Shown here piece after piece: positions 36,850-48,830 of a stretch of 64,000 nucleotides of DNA; position 1 is the first letter of the stretch; every line of letters begins with the position of its first letter. The stretch comes from Candidatus Sumerlaeia bacterium (GTDB lineage: Bacteria > Sumerlaeota > Sumerlaeia > SLMS01 > JANRJK01): assembly GCA_033764015.1 (NCBI GenBank), contig JANRJK010000046.1:96001-160000 (forward strand), in the 5' to 3' direction. The notes under the pieces were generated by a model. It saw nothing but the letters and a program-made list of their open reading frames with translations, had not been told where the DNA came from and ran no database searches. Position numbers and translations under genes: made by a program.

Positions 36850-38035
36850 GGGCGGAACCCTCGCGGCAACACCCCCCGGAACGGAAGTCGATTCTCCGCG
36901 GGCGATCAACGACGTGCTCACGCTGCTGGACCAGACGTACCTCAGCGAGCGCACCGTGGGAAGGCCCACGCACTACGACATCGCCGTCTCCGTGGTCTGC
37001 AACATCAAGTGCCCGTTCTGCCCCCGGCAGACCTTCGGCGACGAGGTGAAGTCCGGCCTGCTCAAGCAGGAGCACTTCGACCCCGTCGCGCCGCACCTCG
37101 AGGTGAGCCACAAGACCGGCCTCTACGGCCTCGGCGAGCCCTTCCTGAACAAGAACTTCATGCGCTACCTGAAGGAGACCAAGGCGCGCGGCAGCTACGC
37201 CATGACCAGCTCCCACGGCATGTCGCTCACCAGCGAGATGATCGACACGATCCTCGACTCCGGCCTCGACGAGCTGTGCGTCTCCATGGACGGCCCGACG
37301 CCGCGGACCTTCAACTTCCTGCGCGACGGCGCGGACTTCGACACGGTCTGCCGCAACGTCGGCGAGCTGCTGCGGCGCCGCGGCGCGCGCGGCCAGGAGC
37401 TGCCCCGCGTCCACATCGCCTGCGCCGTCTCGAAGTACAACGTCTGGCACATGGCGGGGATGGTGCGCCTCGCGCTCCGCCTCGGCGCGGACCGGCTCGT
37501 GTTCTCGAACCTCGTGCTCGACCACCCGGAGCACGCCCACGCTTCGATCGTCGGCACGCGCATGTTCCATTGGAACCTCGCGCGGGCGAAGAAAGCGGCG
37601 GAACGCGCCGGCCTCGAATGCTTCTACTTCCCCCAGAAGCCGTTCCCCTGGCTCGAGCTGCCGAACCCCGCGCCCCGCAAAGGCGTCCGCCACGGCTGCC
37701 CCTCCGCCTGGCGCTCGCTCATCATCGAACGCGACGGCAACGTGAAGCCCTGCTGCTACCTGGCCACGTCCTTCGGCAACACCGCCGAGGCGCCCATGGA
37801 GGAGATCTTCAACAGCGGGAAGGCCCGCGAGCTGCGCCGCAGCTTCATCGAGGGAACCTATTGGGACGCCTGCAAAGGATGCGGGCAGTTCAGCGAGATC
37901 ACGCCGGAGCGGACGCTCGACCTGATCGGCGAGGCGGAGGCGGCCGCGCGCGCCGGCGCCTTCAGCGACGGCGTGCGCGAGCGGCTGCTCCACACGGTCG
38001 CGCACTTCCGGGAGTTGGCGGCGGCGGCGAAGTAG
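36848..38035 (+). CDS. Radical SAM protein with SPASM/twitch domain
   Basis: CNIKCPFC, GLGEPF, VSMDG, C...W...DGNVKPCC...FGN...IFN...CKGC; SD GGAGGAAGG. Confidence 0.92.
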   Translation: MGGTLAATPPGTEVDSPRAINDVLTLLDQTYLSERTVGRPTHYDIAVSVVCNIKCPFCPRQTFGDEVKSGLLKQEHFDPVAPHLEVSHKTGLYGLGEPFLNKNFMRYLKETKARGSYAMTSSHGMSLTSEMIDTILDSGLDELCVSMDGPTPRTFNFLRDGADFDTVCRNVGELLRRRGARGQELPRVHIACAVSKYNVWHMAGMVRLALRLGADRLVFSNLVLDHPEHAHASIVGTRMFHWNLARAKKAAERAGLECFYFPQKPFPWLELPNPAPRKGVRHGCPSAWRSLIIERDGNVKPCCYLATSFGNTAEAPMEEIFNSGKARELRRSFIEGTYWDACKGCGQFSEITPERTLDLIGEAEAAARAGAFSDGVRERLLHTVAHFRELAAAAK

Positions 38036-38061
38036 CCGCCGCCGACCGCCCGCCCGCGGGG

Positions 38062-40572
<2,511 letters not shown>

Positions 40573-40811
40573 CAGTTAGTAGGGCCGGGGTCCAAGATAG
40601 TCCAGTATACTCAAGGTAGAGCGCACCGGAGCGACGGGCACGGCAACCCTAAAGCGGACATGCGGGGTGGCATGGCAAAACGCTTCATCAACCGCCGCCG
40701 CGGGTCCCGGGTGCTCGTATCGGCTTGAACTCCAAGCCGTTCGCTGCTTGGCTAACCCCCGCAGCAGAGTCTAGGCGTCGTCCGTTCCACCCCCGGGGGA
40801 AGGCATCCGAC

Positions 40812-41852
40812 ATGTCGGCACGCTCCGAACAGATGCGCGACCGCTTCCTTGGCGCGATGGTGGGGCTCGCCATCGGCGAGGCCCTCGCCGCGCCCGCCGT
40901 GGGCCGGGCGCACTACGCGGTCGAATCCGAGCACCCCGGCGGCATCCAGGACCTGCACGGCGGAGGCCCGTACCGCGCCGCACCGGGCGAACTCCTCTCC
41001 GGCGCCACGCAGCTCCTCGAATGCATCGAGTCCTACGCCGTCAACCAGGAGGTCGACGGCTTCGACCTCGCCTTCCGCCTAGGCTCCCTGACCGAGTCCG
41101 ACGTGAAGGGTTTCGGCGACGACGAGCGCACGATCCTCGCCCACCTCTACGAGAACCCCGAGCGCTGGGACTCGCAGGCGAACGACTACTGGTCCCGCTC
41201 CTGCGGCATGGTCAGCGACGCTTCGCCGCTTCCCCGCTGCGCCCTCGTCGCCGCCGTCCACACCGACAACATGGACCTCCTCACGCAGGACACGATCCGG
41301 CTCTGCAAGCTCACGCACGCGGACCCTCGCTGCGTCGAGGCGGCGCTCGCCTTCAACTTCCTCCTGCTGCAATGCCTCAAGGGCCACTTCTCCACCGACC
41401 TTCCGGCGCAGGCGTCCGGCTTCGTCGTCAACCTCCGCCACTCCGAAATGTACTCCCGCGTGGTGCTCGACTTCGGCGAGCTCCGCTTCCGGAGCGAGTT
41501 CATCGCGTCCGCCTCGCTGCCCTACCCGGAGGATGTCGAGGCGGTGTCCGACGCGCTCGATTCGATCAAGAAGGCGAAGCTCTTCGACCTGCGGACCACC
41601 GGGACCGCGGCGAGCGCGCTCGCCGCGGCGGCCTGGACGCTGGCGAACGCGAAGGACTTCGGCCCCGGCGTCAGCCAGCTCGTGAGCCTCGGCGGCTCCG
41701 CGGACCGCAACGGCGCGCTCGCCGGCGCGCTGCTCGGCGCGCGCTTCGGGCTCTCGCGCATCCCCCCGGTCTGGCTGCGCAAGCTGACCGACCGCTCGCG
41801 CATCGTGACGCTGGTCGAGAAGCTGCTCCTGATCTCCTCCCCCGTGGCTTGA
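40812..41852 (+). CDS. ADP-ribosylglycohydrolase (DraG/ARH)-fold protein, metal ligands degenerate
   Basis: DRFLGAMVGLAIGEALAAP, GGGP, LTHADPRC, LGGSADRNGALAGALLGARFGLSRIPPVW. Confidence 0.82.
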   Translation: MSARSEQMRDRFLGAMVGLAIGEALAAPAVGRAHYAVESEHPGGIQDLHGGGPYRAAPGELLSGATQLLECIESYAVNQEVDGFDLAFRLGSLTESDVKGFGDDERTILAHLYENPERWDSQANDYWSRSCGMVSDASPLPRCALVAAVHTDNMDLLTQDTIRLCKLTHADPRCVEAALAFNFLLLQCLKGHFSTDLPAQASGFVVNLRHSEMYSRVVLDFGELRFRSEFIASASLPYPEDVEAVSDALDSIKKAKLFDLRTTGTAASALAAAAWTLANAKDFGPGVSQLVSLGGSADRNGALAGALLGARFGLSRIPPVWLRKLTDRSRIVTLVEKLLLISSPVA

Positions 41853-41883
41853 CCCCGCCCCGCGGCGGCCCAGCATCGCGCCC

Positions 41884-42798
41884 ATGAAGCGCGCCCTCGC
41901 CGCCGCCGCGACCATCGTCCTGCTCGCGCTCCTCGCGAACCTGGTCGAGTGGCGCGCGCTCGGCGGCGTCTTCTCGCGGGCGCACCCCGCGTGGCTCGCG
42001 CCCGGCTGCGCCATCGTCCTCCTCTTTCCGCTCCTGAACGCCGCCCGGTGGCAGGCCGCGCTCGAAGCCGTCGGCGTGCGCATGGGCTTCGCCGAATGCC
42101 TGCGCGTCACGATGGCGGTGTGGCCCGTGGGCACGCTCACGCCGGCGAAGGCGGGCGAATTCCTCAAGGCGCTCGCGGTCCGCCCCGGCGGCACCCTGGG
42201 GCAGGGCGTCGGCAGCGCGCTCGCCGAGCGCGTCGTCGATGTCGGCGTGCTCGGGGCGTTCGGCGCGGCCTTCGGGCTGGCGGCGGGCTCCGCGCCGGCG
42301 GCGCTGGCCGGGGCCGCGGCGCTCGCGGCGGCGCTCGCCGCCTTCGGCTTGGCGCGACCGCTCTCGCGCCGGTTCGCGGCGGCCCGGCCGGGGAAGCTGG
42401 CGGAGAAACTGCTCCGGCTCGCCGAGGCGCTCCCGGCGCTGGCGCGCTCGCCCGGCTGCTTCGCGCGCTGCGCGGGGGCGTCCGCGCTCAACTGGTTCCT
42501 GTCGATGCTCCAGCTCTGGCTGCTGCTGCGGGCGTTCGGCGCGCCGTCGCCGCTGGTGCTGGTCGTCGGCGTGCTGCCCGCGGCGACCTTCGCGGGGCTG
42601 CTGCCGGTGACCGTGGCGGGGGCGGGGACGCGGGACGCCGCGCTGCTCGCGCTCACGCACGGCGCCATCGACGGCCCCGCGCTGCTCGCCGCCGGCGTGG
42701 TGTACACGTTGACCGGCTACTTCGCCTTGGGCGTGCTGGGGCTTCCGCAGCTCGCCCGCCTCCGCCACCGACTCGCCGCCGAGGAGCACGCACCGTGA
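41884..42798 (+). CDS. Lysylphosphatidylglycerol-synthase TM/flippase-like (UPF0104) membrane protein
   Basis: RW, TPAKAGEFLK, ERVVD, LPVTVAGAGTRDAA; many TM helices. Confidence 0.85.
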   Translation: MKRALAAAATIVLLALLANLVEWRALGGVFSRAHPAWLAPGCAIVLLFPLLNAARWQAALEAVGVRMGFAECLRVTMAVWPVGTLTPAKAGEFLKALAVRPGGTLGQGVGSALAERVVDVGVLGAFGAAFGLAAGSAPAALAGAAALAAALAAFGLARPLSRRFAAARPGKLAEKLLRLAEALPALARSPGCFARCAGASALNWFLSMLQLWLLLRAFGAPSPLVLVVGVLPAATFAGLLPVTVAGAGTRDAALLALTHGAIDGPALLAAGVVYTLTGYFALGVLGLPQLARLRHRLAAEEHAP

Positions 42799-44339
42799 AC
42801 GACCCCGCCCCCCCCGTCCGGATCCACAAGCCCTCCGTGCGCCTCGTGATCTCGATCCCGGCGATCTTCGCGCTCGTGGTGGTGATCGGCGGCGTCCTGA
42901 TCCAGTCCCACCTGCGCGGCATCGCCGAGACCCCCGGCCAGGGCCCCGCGCGGCTCGGCGAGGGACTCGTCTTCGCCGCCGACATCATGATCTACTTCAC
43001 CGCCTTCGTGGCGCTCCTGTCGGCGTTCGTCGGCCTGCTCCTCGCGCTCCAGATCGTCCGCCCGCTCCGCGACATCGAGCGCCAGATCACCCGCCTGGGA
43101 CGCGGCGAGCAGCCCCTGCCCACCACGCTCCAGCCACCCGGCGAACTCGGCGCCATCGGCTCCAGCTTCAGCCAGCTCGTCGCCCAGCTCGAACGCACCA
43201 TCGAGGAGCGCGACCGCCAGATCAGCCAGACCGGCGCCAAGGTCCGCATGCTCCTCGACGACGGCGGGCGCATCCTCGGCGTCGAGGGCTCGGTCCGCCG
43301 CCTCCTCGGCGCCTCCGGCGAGGAGCTGATCGGCCTCAACATCACCGACCCGCCCTCCCGGACCGACGGCGCCGCCGCCCTGCTCCCCATCGCCACCACC
43401 GCCGCGGACCTCTTCGACAGCGCCCTTTCCGGCGTCTCCCGCGAGCGGCAGATCCGCGTCCGCGTCGCCGGCGAGGAACTGCTGGTCGCCGTCGCCCTCT
43501 CCTCCTTCGAGGAGTGCGACAGCTCCGCGAAGTGGCTCCTCGAGATCCGCGACGTGACCGGCATCGCCACGCTCCACGAGCAGATGCAGCGGGCCGACCG
43601 GCTCGCCGCCATCGGCACGCTCGCCACCGGCATCGCCCACGAGATCCGCAACCCCCTCGCCTCCATCAAGGGCATGGTCCAGCTCCTCGAACTGCGCAAG
43701 GAGGGCACGGGCTCCGACGAATACTACCAGCGCATCACCGCGGAGATCGCCCGCCTCGAACAGCTCATCAGCTCGATCATGGACTTCGCCCAAGGCAACG
43801 AGGCGCCCGCCCAGGAGGTGGATGTGAACGCCATGGTGCGGGAGACGGCCGACGGCTGCCGCATCGGCGCCGAGGCCGCCACCGGCGCCAGGATCGAGCT
43901 GCGGCTGGAACTCGACCCCTCGGTGCCGCATATCCATGTGCAGCCCGGACGCGTCCGCCAGGGGTTCGACAACCTGATCGCCAACGCCTTCCAGGCCGCC
44001 GCCGCGGCGCCCAACCCCTACGTCCGCGTCTCGACGCTCCACCTCCCGGTGAACGAGAAGCGCCCCGTCATCGTCTGCATCGCCAATCCCTCGGAGCCGA
44101 TCACCCGCGAGGCGATGGAGCAGTGGTTCGAGCCCTTCTTCACGACCCGCGCGCAAGGCACCGGGCTCGGCGTCCCGATCGCCTTCCAGGCGGTCCTCGC
44201 CAACGGCGGCGTCCTCGAGGTCGAGTACGAGGAGGGCGAGGTGCGCTGCTGGGTCCGCCTCCCCCTCCGCGTCCGGCCGGGCGCCCAGCGCAGCTCGCGC
44301 ACCGTCCCCAAGCTCACCTCCACGGCCCGCGAGAAGTAA
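42795..44339 (+). CDS. Sensor histidine kinase (2TM-HAMP-PAS-like-HisKA-HATPase)
   Basis: RLAAIGTLATGIAHEIRNPL, NLIANAFQA, FEPFFTT, GTGLG; GTGA overlap with the upstream gene. Confidence 0.9.
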   Translation: MNDPAPPVRIHKPSVRLVISIPAIFALVVVIGGVLIQSHLRGIAETPGQGPARLGEGLVFAADIMIYFTAFVALLSAFVGLLLALQIVRPLRDIERQITRLGRGEQPLPTTLQPPGELGAIGSSFSQLVAQLERTIEERDRQISQTGAKVRMLLDDGGRILGVEGSVRRLLGASGEELIGLNITDPPSRTDGAAALLPIATTAADLFDSALSGVSRERQIRVRVAGEELLVAVALSSFEECDSSAKWLLEIRDVTGIATLHEQMQRADRLAAIGTLATGIAHEIRNPLASIKGMVQLLELRKEGTGSDEYYQRITAEIARLEQLISSIMDFAQGNEAPAQEVDVNAMVRETADGCRIGAEAATGARIELRLELDPSVPHIHVQPGRVRQGFDNLIANAFQAAAAAPNPYVRVSTLHLPVNEKRPVIVCIANPSEPITREAMEQWFEPFFTTRAQGTGLGVPIAFQAVLANGGVLEVEYEEGEVRCWVRLPLRVRPGAQRSSRTVPKLTSTAREK

Positions 44340-44431
44340 TTCGGGCCTGACCGGCTGTTCCACTTGACGGCGAGGGGCTGCTCGGGGATGACAAGTATCT
44401 TGCGTTGACAGTCCCGTCGCGCACTAACCCG

Positions 44432-44887
44432 ATGAACGACAAGCTTCCCGAGCCCCCCGACCCCTCCCAAGAGCGCAACCCAGGCCTCCAGCACCGCATC
44501 CGCATGGGTGCGCTGCACGAGGTTTACGGCCGCCTGCTCACGGACCGGCAGTCGGAGTTCATCCGCCTCCACTACGACGAGGACCTCAGCTTCTCCGAGA
44601 TCGCCCGCGAGTACGACGTCACCCGCCAGGCGGTCCACGACGCCATCAAGCACGGCACCGAGGCGCTGGAGAAGTACGAGTCGGTCCTGCGCCTCGTCGA
44701 GAACGGCGCCGCGGCCGACGCCTCCGCCGCGCGCGATGCGGCCCAGCGCTTGGAGCGCCTCCTCGACCAGCTCCGCCAGAGCGGCGGGATCCTCTACGAC
44801 GTCGCCGCGCTCGCCGCGGAACTGCGCGCCGTGATCGCGCTGCTCAACACCACCGCGCCCGCCGCGGAACCGGCCGGGGAGGACTGA
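44432..44887 (+). CDS. ylxM: YlxM/UPF0122 HTH protein
   Basis: YGRLLTDRQ...Y.EDLSFSEIA...TRQAVHDAIK...LEKYE..L; immediately upstream of ffh. Confidence 0.9.
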   Translation: MNDKLPEPPDPSQERNPGLQHRIRMGALHEVYGRLLTDRQSEFIRLHYDEDLSFSEIAREYDVTRQAVHDAIKHGTEALEKYESVLRLVENGAAADASAARDAAQRLERLLDQLRQSGGILYDVAALAAELRAVIALLNTTAPAAEPAGED

Positions 44888-44892
44888 GCGCC

Positions 44893-46401
44893 GTGTTCGA
44901 CTCCCTCTCCGACAAGTTCGACAACGTCTTCCGCAAGATCCGCGGCACCGACAAGCTCTCCGAGGCCAACGTCGAGGACGCGCTCCGCGAGGTGAAGCTG
45001 GCCCTGCTCGAGGCGGACGTCCACTTCAAGGTGGTGAAGGATTTCGTCAAGGCCGTGAAGGAGGGCGCCGTCGGCCGCGAGGTCGTCAAGGGCGTCAACC
45101 CCACGCAGCAGTTCGTCTCCGTCGTCCACGACGAGCTGGTCAAGATGCTGCGGGGCACGGAGGAGGACCGGCCCTTCGAGCTGGTCCCCGGCAAGGAGCA
45201 GGCGGTGCTGCTGCTCGGCCTGCAGGGCGCCGGCAAGACGACGTTCTCCGGCAAGCTGGCGCTCCACCTCGAGAAGCTGAAGATGCGTCCGATGCTGGTG
45301 GCGTGCGACATCTACCGCCCCGCCGCCATCGAACAGCTCAAGACCGTCGGCAAGGCGCTTTCGATCCCCGTCTTCGAGATGGGCACCGGGCACCCGCCGC
45401 ACGAGATCGTCGCCAAGGCGCGCGAGAAGGCCCGCGCCGCCGGACGCGACGTCCTGATCGTCGACACCGCGGGCCGCCTCCATATCGACGAAGTCCGCAT
45501 GGACGAGCTCCGCGAGCTTAAGGAGCGCGTGCGCCCCGACTATTCGTTCCTCGTCTGCGACGCCATGACGGGCCAGGACGTGGTGAACTCGGCGCAGACG
45601 TTCCACCGCGAGATCGGCATCGACGGCGTCTGCCTGACGAAGATGGACGGCGACGCCCGCGGCGGCGCCGCGCTCTCCGTCAAGGCGGTCACCGGCCGCC
45701 CCATCGTCTTCGCCGGCACCGGCGAAAAGCCCACGGACCTGGAGCGCTTCCACCCGGAACGCGTCGCCCAGCGCATCCTCGGCATGGGCGACGTGGTGTC
45801 GCTCGTCGAGAAGGCGCAGGAGGCGATCGACGAGAAGGAAGCCGCCGACATGCAGGAGAAGATGTCGAAGGGGACGTTCACCTTCGACGACTTCATCAAG
45901 CAGATGCGCGTGCTCAAGAAGATGGGCCCGCTGAAGGGGCTCCTCGGCATGCTCCCCGGCGTGGGGCGCATGCTGAAGGACGTGGACAACGACGTGCTCA
46001 CCGCGCAGCTCACCCGCGTCGAGTCGATCATCGACTCGATGACGAAGGAGGAGCGGCGGAACGGCGACCTGCTGGTGCGCAGCGGCACGCGCCGCATGCG
46101 CGTGGCGAAGGGCTCCGGACGCACGCTGCAGGAAGTGAACGACCTCGTCACGCAGTTCCAGCAGATGCGCCAGGCGATGCAGGCGTTCTCCGCCGGCGGG
46201 CTCTTCGGCGGCGGCGCCCAGGCCCCCGAGATGGCGGGCAAGGGCGGCATGCCCCCGATGCCGCCGGACCTCCCGGGCGAGATGCCGCAGCCCGGCGACC
46301 CGATGTACGACAAGCTTATGAAGCAGTACCGCGACTACCGCCACGGCCAGAAGGTGGCGGCCCGCTTCGTCCCGAAGGCGAAGGCCAAGAAGAAACGCTA
46401 G
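44893..46401 (+). CDS. ffh: Signal recognition particle protein
   Basis: ALLEADV, GLQGAGKTT, DIYRPAA, DTAGRL, TKMDGDARGGAALS, RILGMGD, M-domain RVAKGSG. Confidence 0.99.
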   Translation: MFDSLSDKFDNVFRKIRGTDKLSEANVEDALREVKLALLEADVHFKVVKDFVKAVKEGAVGREVVKGVNPTQQFVSVVHDELVKMLRGTEEDRPFELVPGKEQAVLLLGLQGAGKTTFSGKLALHLEKLKMRPMLVACDIYRPAAIEQLKTVGKALSIPVFEMGTGHPPHEIVAKAREKARAAGRDVLIVDTAGRLHIDEVRMDELRELKERVRPDYSFLVCDAMTGQDVVNSAQTFHREIGIDGVCLTKMDGDARGGAALSVKAVTGRPIVFAGTGEKPTDLERFHPERVAQRILGMGDVVSLVEKAQEAIDEKEAADMQEKMSKGTFTFDDFIKQMRVLKKMGPLKGLLGMLPGVGRMLKDVDNDVLTAQLTRVESIIDSMTKEERRNGDLLVRSGTRRMRVAKGSGRTLQEVNDLVTQFQQMRQAMQAFSAGGLFGGGAQAPEMAGKGGMPPMPPDLPGEMPQPGDPMYDKLMKQYRDYRHGQKVAARFVPKAKAKKKR

Positions 46402-46463
46402 CCCGTACGCGGGGCATCCGCCCCCGCCACCCATCCCGTTCCCCGCAAGAAGGAGAACATCCC

Positions 46464-46754
46464 GTGGTCAAGATCCGCCTCACCCGCATCGGACGCACCA
46501 ATTCGCCGTTCTACCGCGTCGTGGTCGCCGACGAGCGCCGCGCCCGCGACGGCCGCTTCATCGAAATCCTCGGCCGCTACCAGCCGATCTACGCCGAGAC
46601 GAAGCTCGAAGTGAACCGCGAGCGCGCCCTCTACTGGCTCCACAACGGCGCCCAGCCGTCGGAAACGGTCCGCTCCCTGTTCCGCAAGCTCGGCATCATG
46701 AAGGAGTACCACGAGGCGAAGATGGCCGCCAAGAAGGCCAAGGCCACGGCGTAA
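46464..46754 (+). CDS. rpsP: 30S ribosomal protein S16
   Basis: MVKIRLTRIG...PFYRVVVAD.R..RDGRFIE.LG.Y...WL..GAQPSETV. Confidence 0.98.
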   Translation: MVKIRLTRIGRTNSPFYRVVVADERRARDGRFIEILGRYQPIYAETKLEVNRERALYWLHNGAQPSETVRSLFRKLGIMKEYHEAKMAAKKAKATA

Positions 46755-46816
46755 CGCCCCTCCGCGGCGGACAACGCACCCGGGCCGGACGCCGCCAGGC
46801 GGCTCCGGTCCGGCGC

Positions 46817-47593
46817 CTATTCCTTCAGGAACTTCTTCGCCACCGTCGCGGCCGCCTTGCGGACCGCCCACCGGGGCAGGAAGCGCTGCGCCATCACGGC
46901 CAGCTTGCGCTGCGTCACGAGCAGCGCGCTCCCCGCGTCGCTGGCCCTGATCCCCGCACGCACCACATACTCCGCCGTCTGCCCCTTGGCGAAGATCGCC
47001 GCGTCCAGCCCGTTGTTCACGCCGAAGTTGGTCGCCGTCGGCCCGGGGCACAGGCACAGCACCTTGATCCCCTTCGGCTTCAGCTCCTCGTGGAGCGCTT
47101 CGCTGAAGTGGAGCACGAAGGTCTTGCTCGCCGCGTAGACGTTGAACAGCGCGACGGGCTGGAAGGACGCGGTGCTCGCCACGTTGATGATGCGCGCGTC
47201 GGGGACGCCCTCCATCATGGGAACCAGGAGTCGCGTGAGGTCCACCAGCGCGACCATGTTGACCATCATGGTGTCGGTGAGGCGCTCCGGCTTCATGGAC
47301 TCGAAGCGCCCCGCGTCGCCGAAGCCGGCGTTGTTGACGAGCCACGCCGGACGGAGCGCGCGGTCGCGCAGGAAGCGCTGCACCTGCTTGGCGGCGCCGG
47401 GCTCCGCGAGATCGCACACGCAGATATGGGCGTCGGCCCGGAAGTCGGAGCGCACGGCCTCGGCCACTTCGCGGAGCTTCGCCTCGTTGCGCGCCACGAG
47501 GACCAGCGGCATGCCGCGCCCCGCGAGCTGGCGGGCGAACTCGGCCCCGAGGCCCATGGAGGCGCCGGTGATGACGATCGCGTCGCTGCCCAT
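46817..47593 (-). CDS. Short-chain dehydrogenase/reductase
   Basis: ITGASMGLG, LVNNAGFG, NVAS, YAASK, LCPGPT. Confidence 0.93.
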   Translation of the reverse strand: MGSDAIVITGASMGLGAEFARQLAGRGMPLVLVARNEAKLREVAEAVRSDFRADAHICVCDLAEPGAAKQVQRFLRDRALRPAWLVNNAGFGDAGRFESMKPERLTDTMMVNMVALVDLTRLLVPMMEGVPDARIINVASTASFQPVALFNVYAASKTFVLHFSEALHEELKPKGIKVLCLCPGPTATNFGVNNGLDAAIFAKGQTAEYVVRAGIRASDAGSALLVTQRKLAVMAQRFLPRWAVRKAAATVAKKFLKE

Positions 47594-47729
47594 GGAGGAA
47601 CCTCGGCCTTCGCCGCCCGCCGGTCGTATCCGGGATTGCGGCGCGGGGTGGATTGACGGACAAATTCGCGGCGATGCGCGGCCCGCAGCCGCGCGTCGGA
47701 CCGCCGCCGCAAGGAAACAACGCCCGACC

Positions 47730-48830
47730 ATGGCGATAGCAAGCGATTCCGGCAACTCGCTGGACCGGCTGATGCCGATGAAGCTGACGCGCAAGATCCG
47801 CCTCGACCGGATCGGCTCCGTCACCACCCCGGCCAAGCTCGGCCCCATTGTCGAAGTCTCCCCGGAGTGCGTCGCCGAGGAGGGCTCCGTCATCGTGGGC
47901 CGCGTGCTCAACGAAAGCAAACTCTACGGCGAAGTGGAACTCCCCACCGGGCGCAAGGCGCGCATCGTGCGCGGCAACCTGCTCGTGGGCGCCCTCGGCG
48001 CCCGCCAGGCGCTCCACGGCTACATGGGCGACGTCCCCGCCACGCTCGCCACCGGCGACGTGATCTCCTTCCTCAACATGGCCGGCGTCATGGGCCTCTG
48101 CCACTCCTTCAACCGCGACGTCGGGCCCCCGATCAACCTCGAGGTGATCGGCCAGGTGACGCGCAACGGCCAGGCGCTCAACATCCGCGACTACGGCCTG
48201 CCCCGCGTCGAGGCGCTCCGCCCCGACGGACCGCCGATCGTCCTGGTCATGGGCACCTGCATGAACGCCGGCAAGACGATGGTCGCCGGCGAGCTGATCC
48301 GCGTGCTCTCGCACGCCGGCGTCCGCATCGCGGCGGGCAAGCTCTCCGGCGTCGCCGCGCTCCGCGACCCGCTCGTCATGGCGGACAACGGCGCGGTCGC
48401 CACCGCCTCGTTCCTCGACTGCGGCCTCTCCAGCACGGTGCGCACGAAGGACCTCGCGCCGGTGGCGCGCTCCATCATCGCGCACCTCGAGGAGTCCGAC
48501 CCGGACCTCATCATCCTCGAAATGGGCGACGGCATCATCGGCGGCTACAACGTCGGTAGCCTGCTCATGGACGACGGCATCATGGCGCGCACCCGCGCCC
48601 GCATCCTCTGCGCGAACGACCTGGTCGGCGCCTGGGGCGCGGTGCAGTACCTCGAGAAGTTCGAGAAGCCGCCCCACGTCATCAGCGGCCCGGTCACCGA
48701 CAACACGGTCGGCACGAACTACGTGAACCGCGAGCTGAAGCTCCGCTGCGCGAACGCGCGCAACTCCCCCCTCGAGCTGGTCCGCCACGTCTCGGAGGTC
48801 GCCGGGATCACCGTGGAGCTGGGCGCATGA
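47730..48830 (+). CDS. DUF1611/DgcN-like P-loop protein coupled to argC
   Basis: Walker-A-like GTCMNAGKT, GKLSGVAALRD, FLDCG..ST, DLIILEMGDG, ANDLVGAWG, SGPVTDN; ATGA overlap with argC. Family assignment is from memory. Confidence 0.7.
   Translation: MAIASDSGNSLDRLMPMKLTRKIRLDRIGSVTTPAKLGPIVEVSPECVAEEGSVIVGRVLNESKLYGEVELPTGRKARIVRGNLLVGALGARQALHGYMGDVPATLATGDVISFLNMAGVMGLCHSFNRDVGPPINLEVIGQVTRNGQALNIRDYGLPRVEALRPDGPPIVLVMGTCMNAGKTMVAGELIRVLSHAGVRIAAGKLSGVAALRDPLVMADNGAVATASFLDCGLSSTVRTKDLAPVARSIIAHLEESDPDLIILEMGDGIIGGYNVGSLLMDDGIMARTRARILCANDLVGAWGAVQYLEKFEKPPHVISGPVTDNTVGTNYVNRELKLRCANARNSPLELVRHVSEVAGITVELGA

Noticed and set aside
36848..38035. RiPP cluster around the radical SAM/SPASM gene using the Cys-rich ORF at 34643-34990 as precursor
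   Set aside because: That ORF has a Sec signal and foreign codon usage, lies on the other strand beyond another gene, and no RRE, peptidase or transporter is present.
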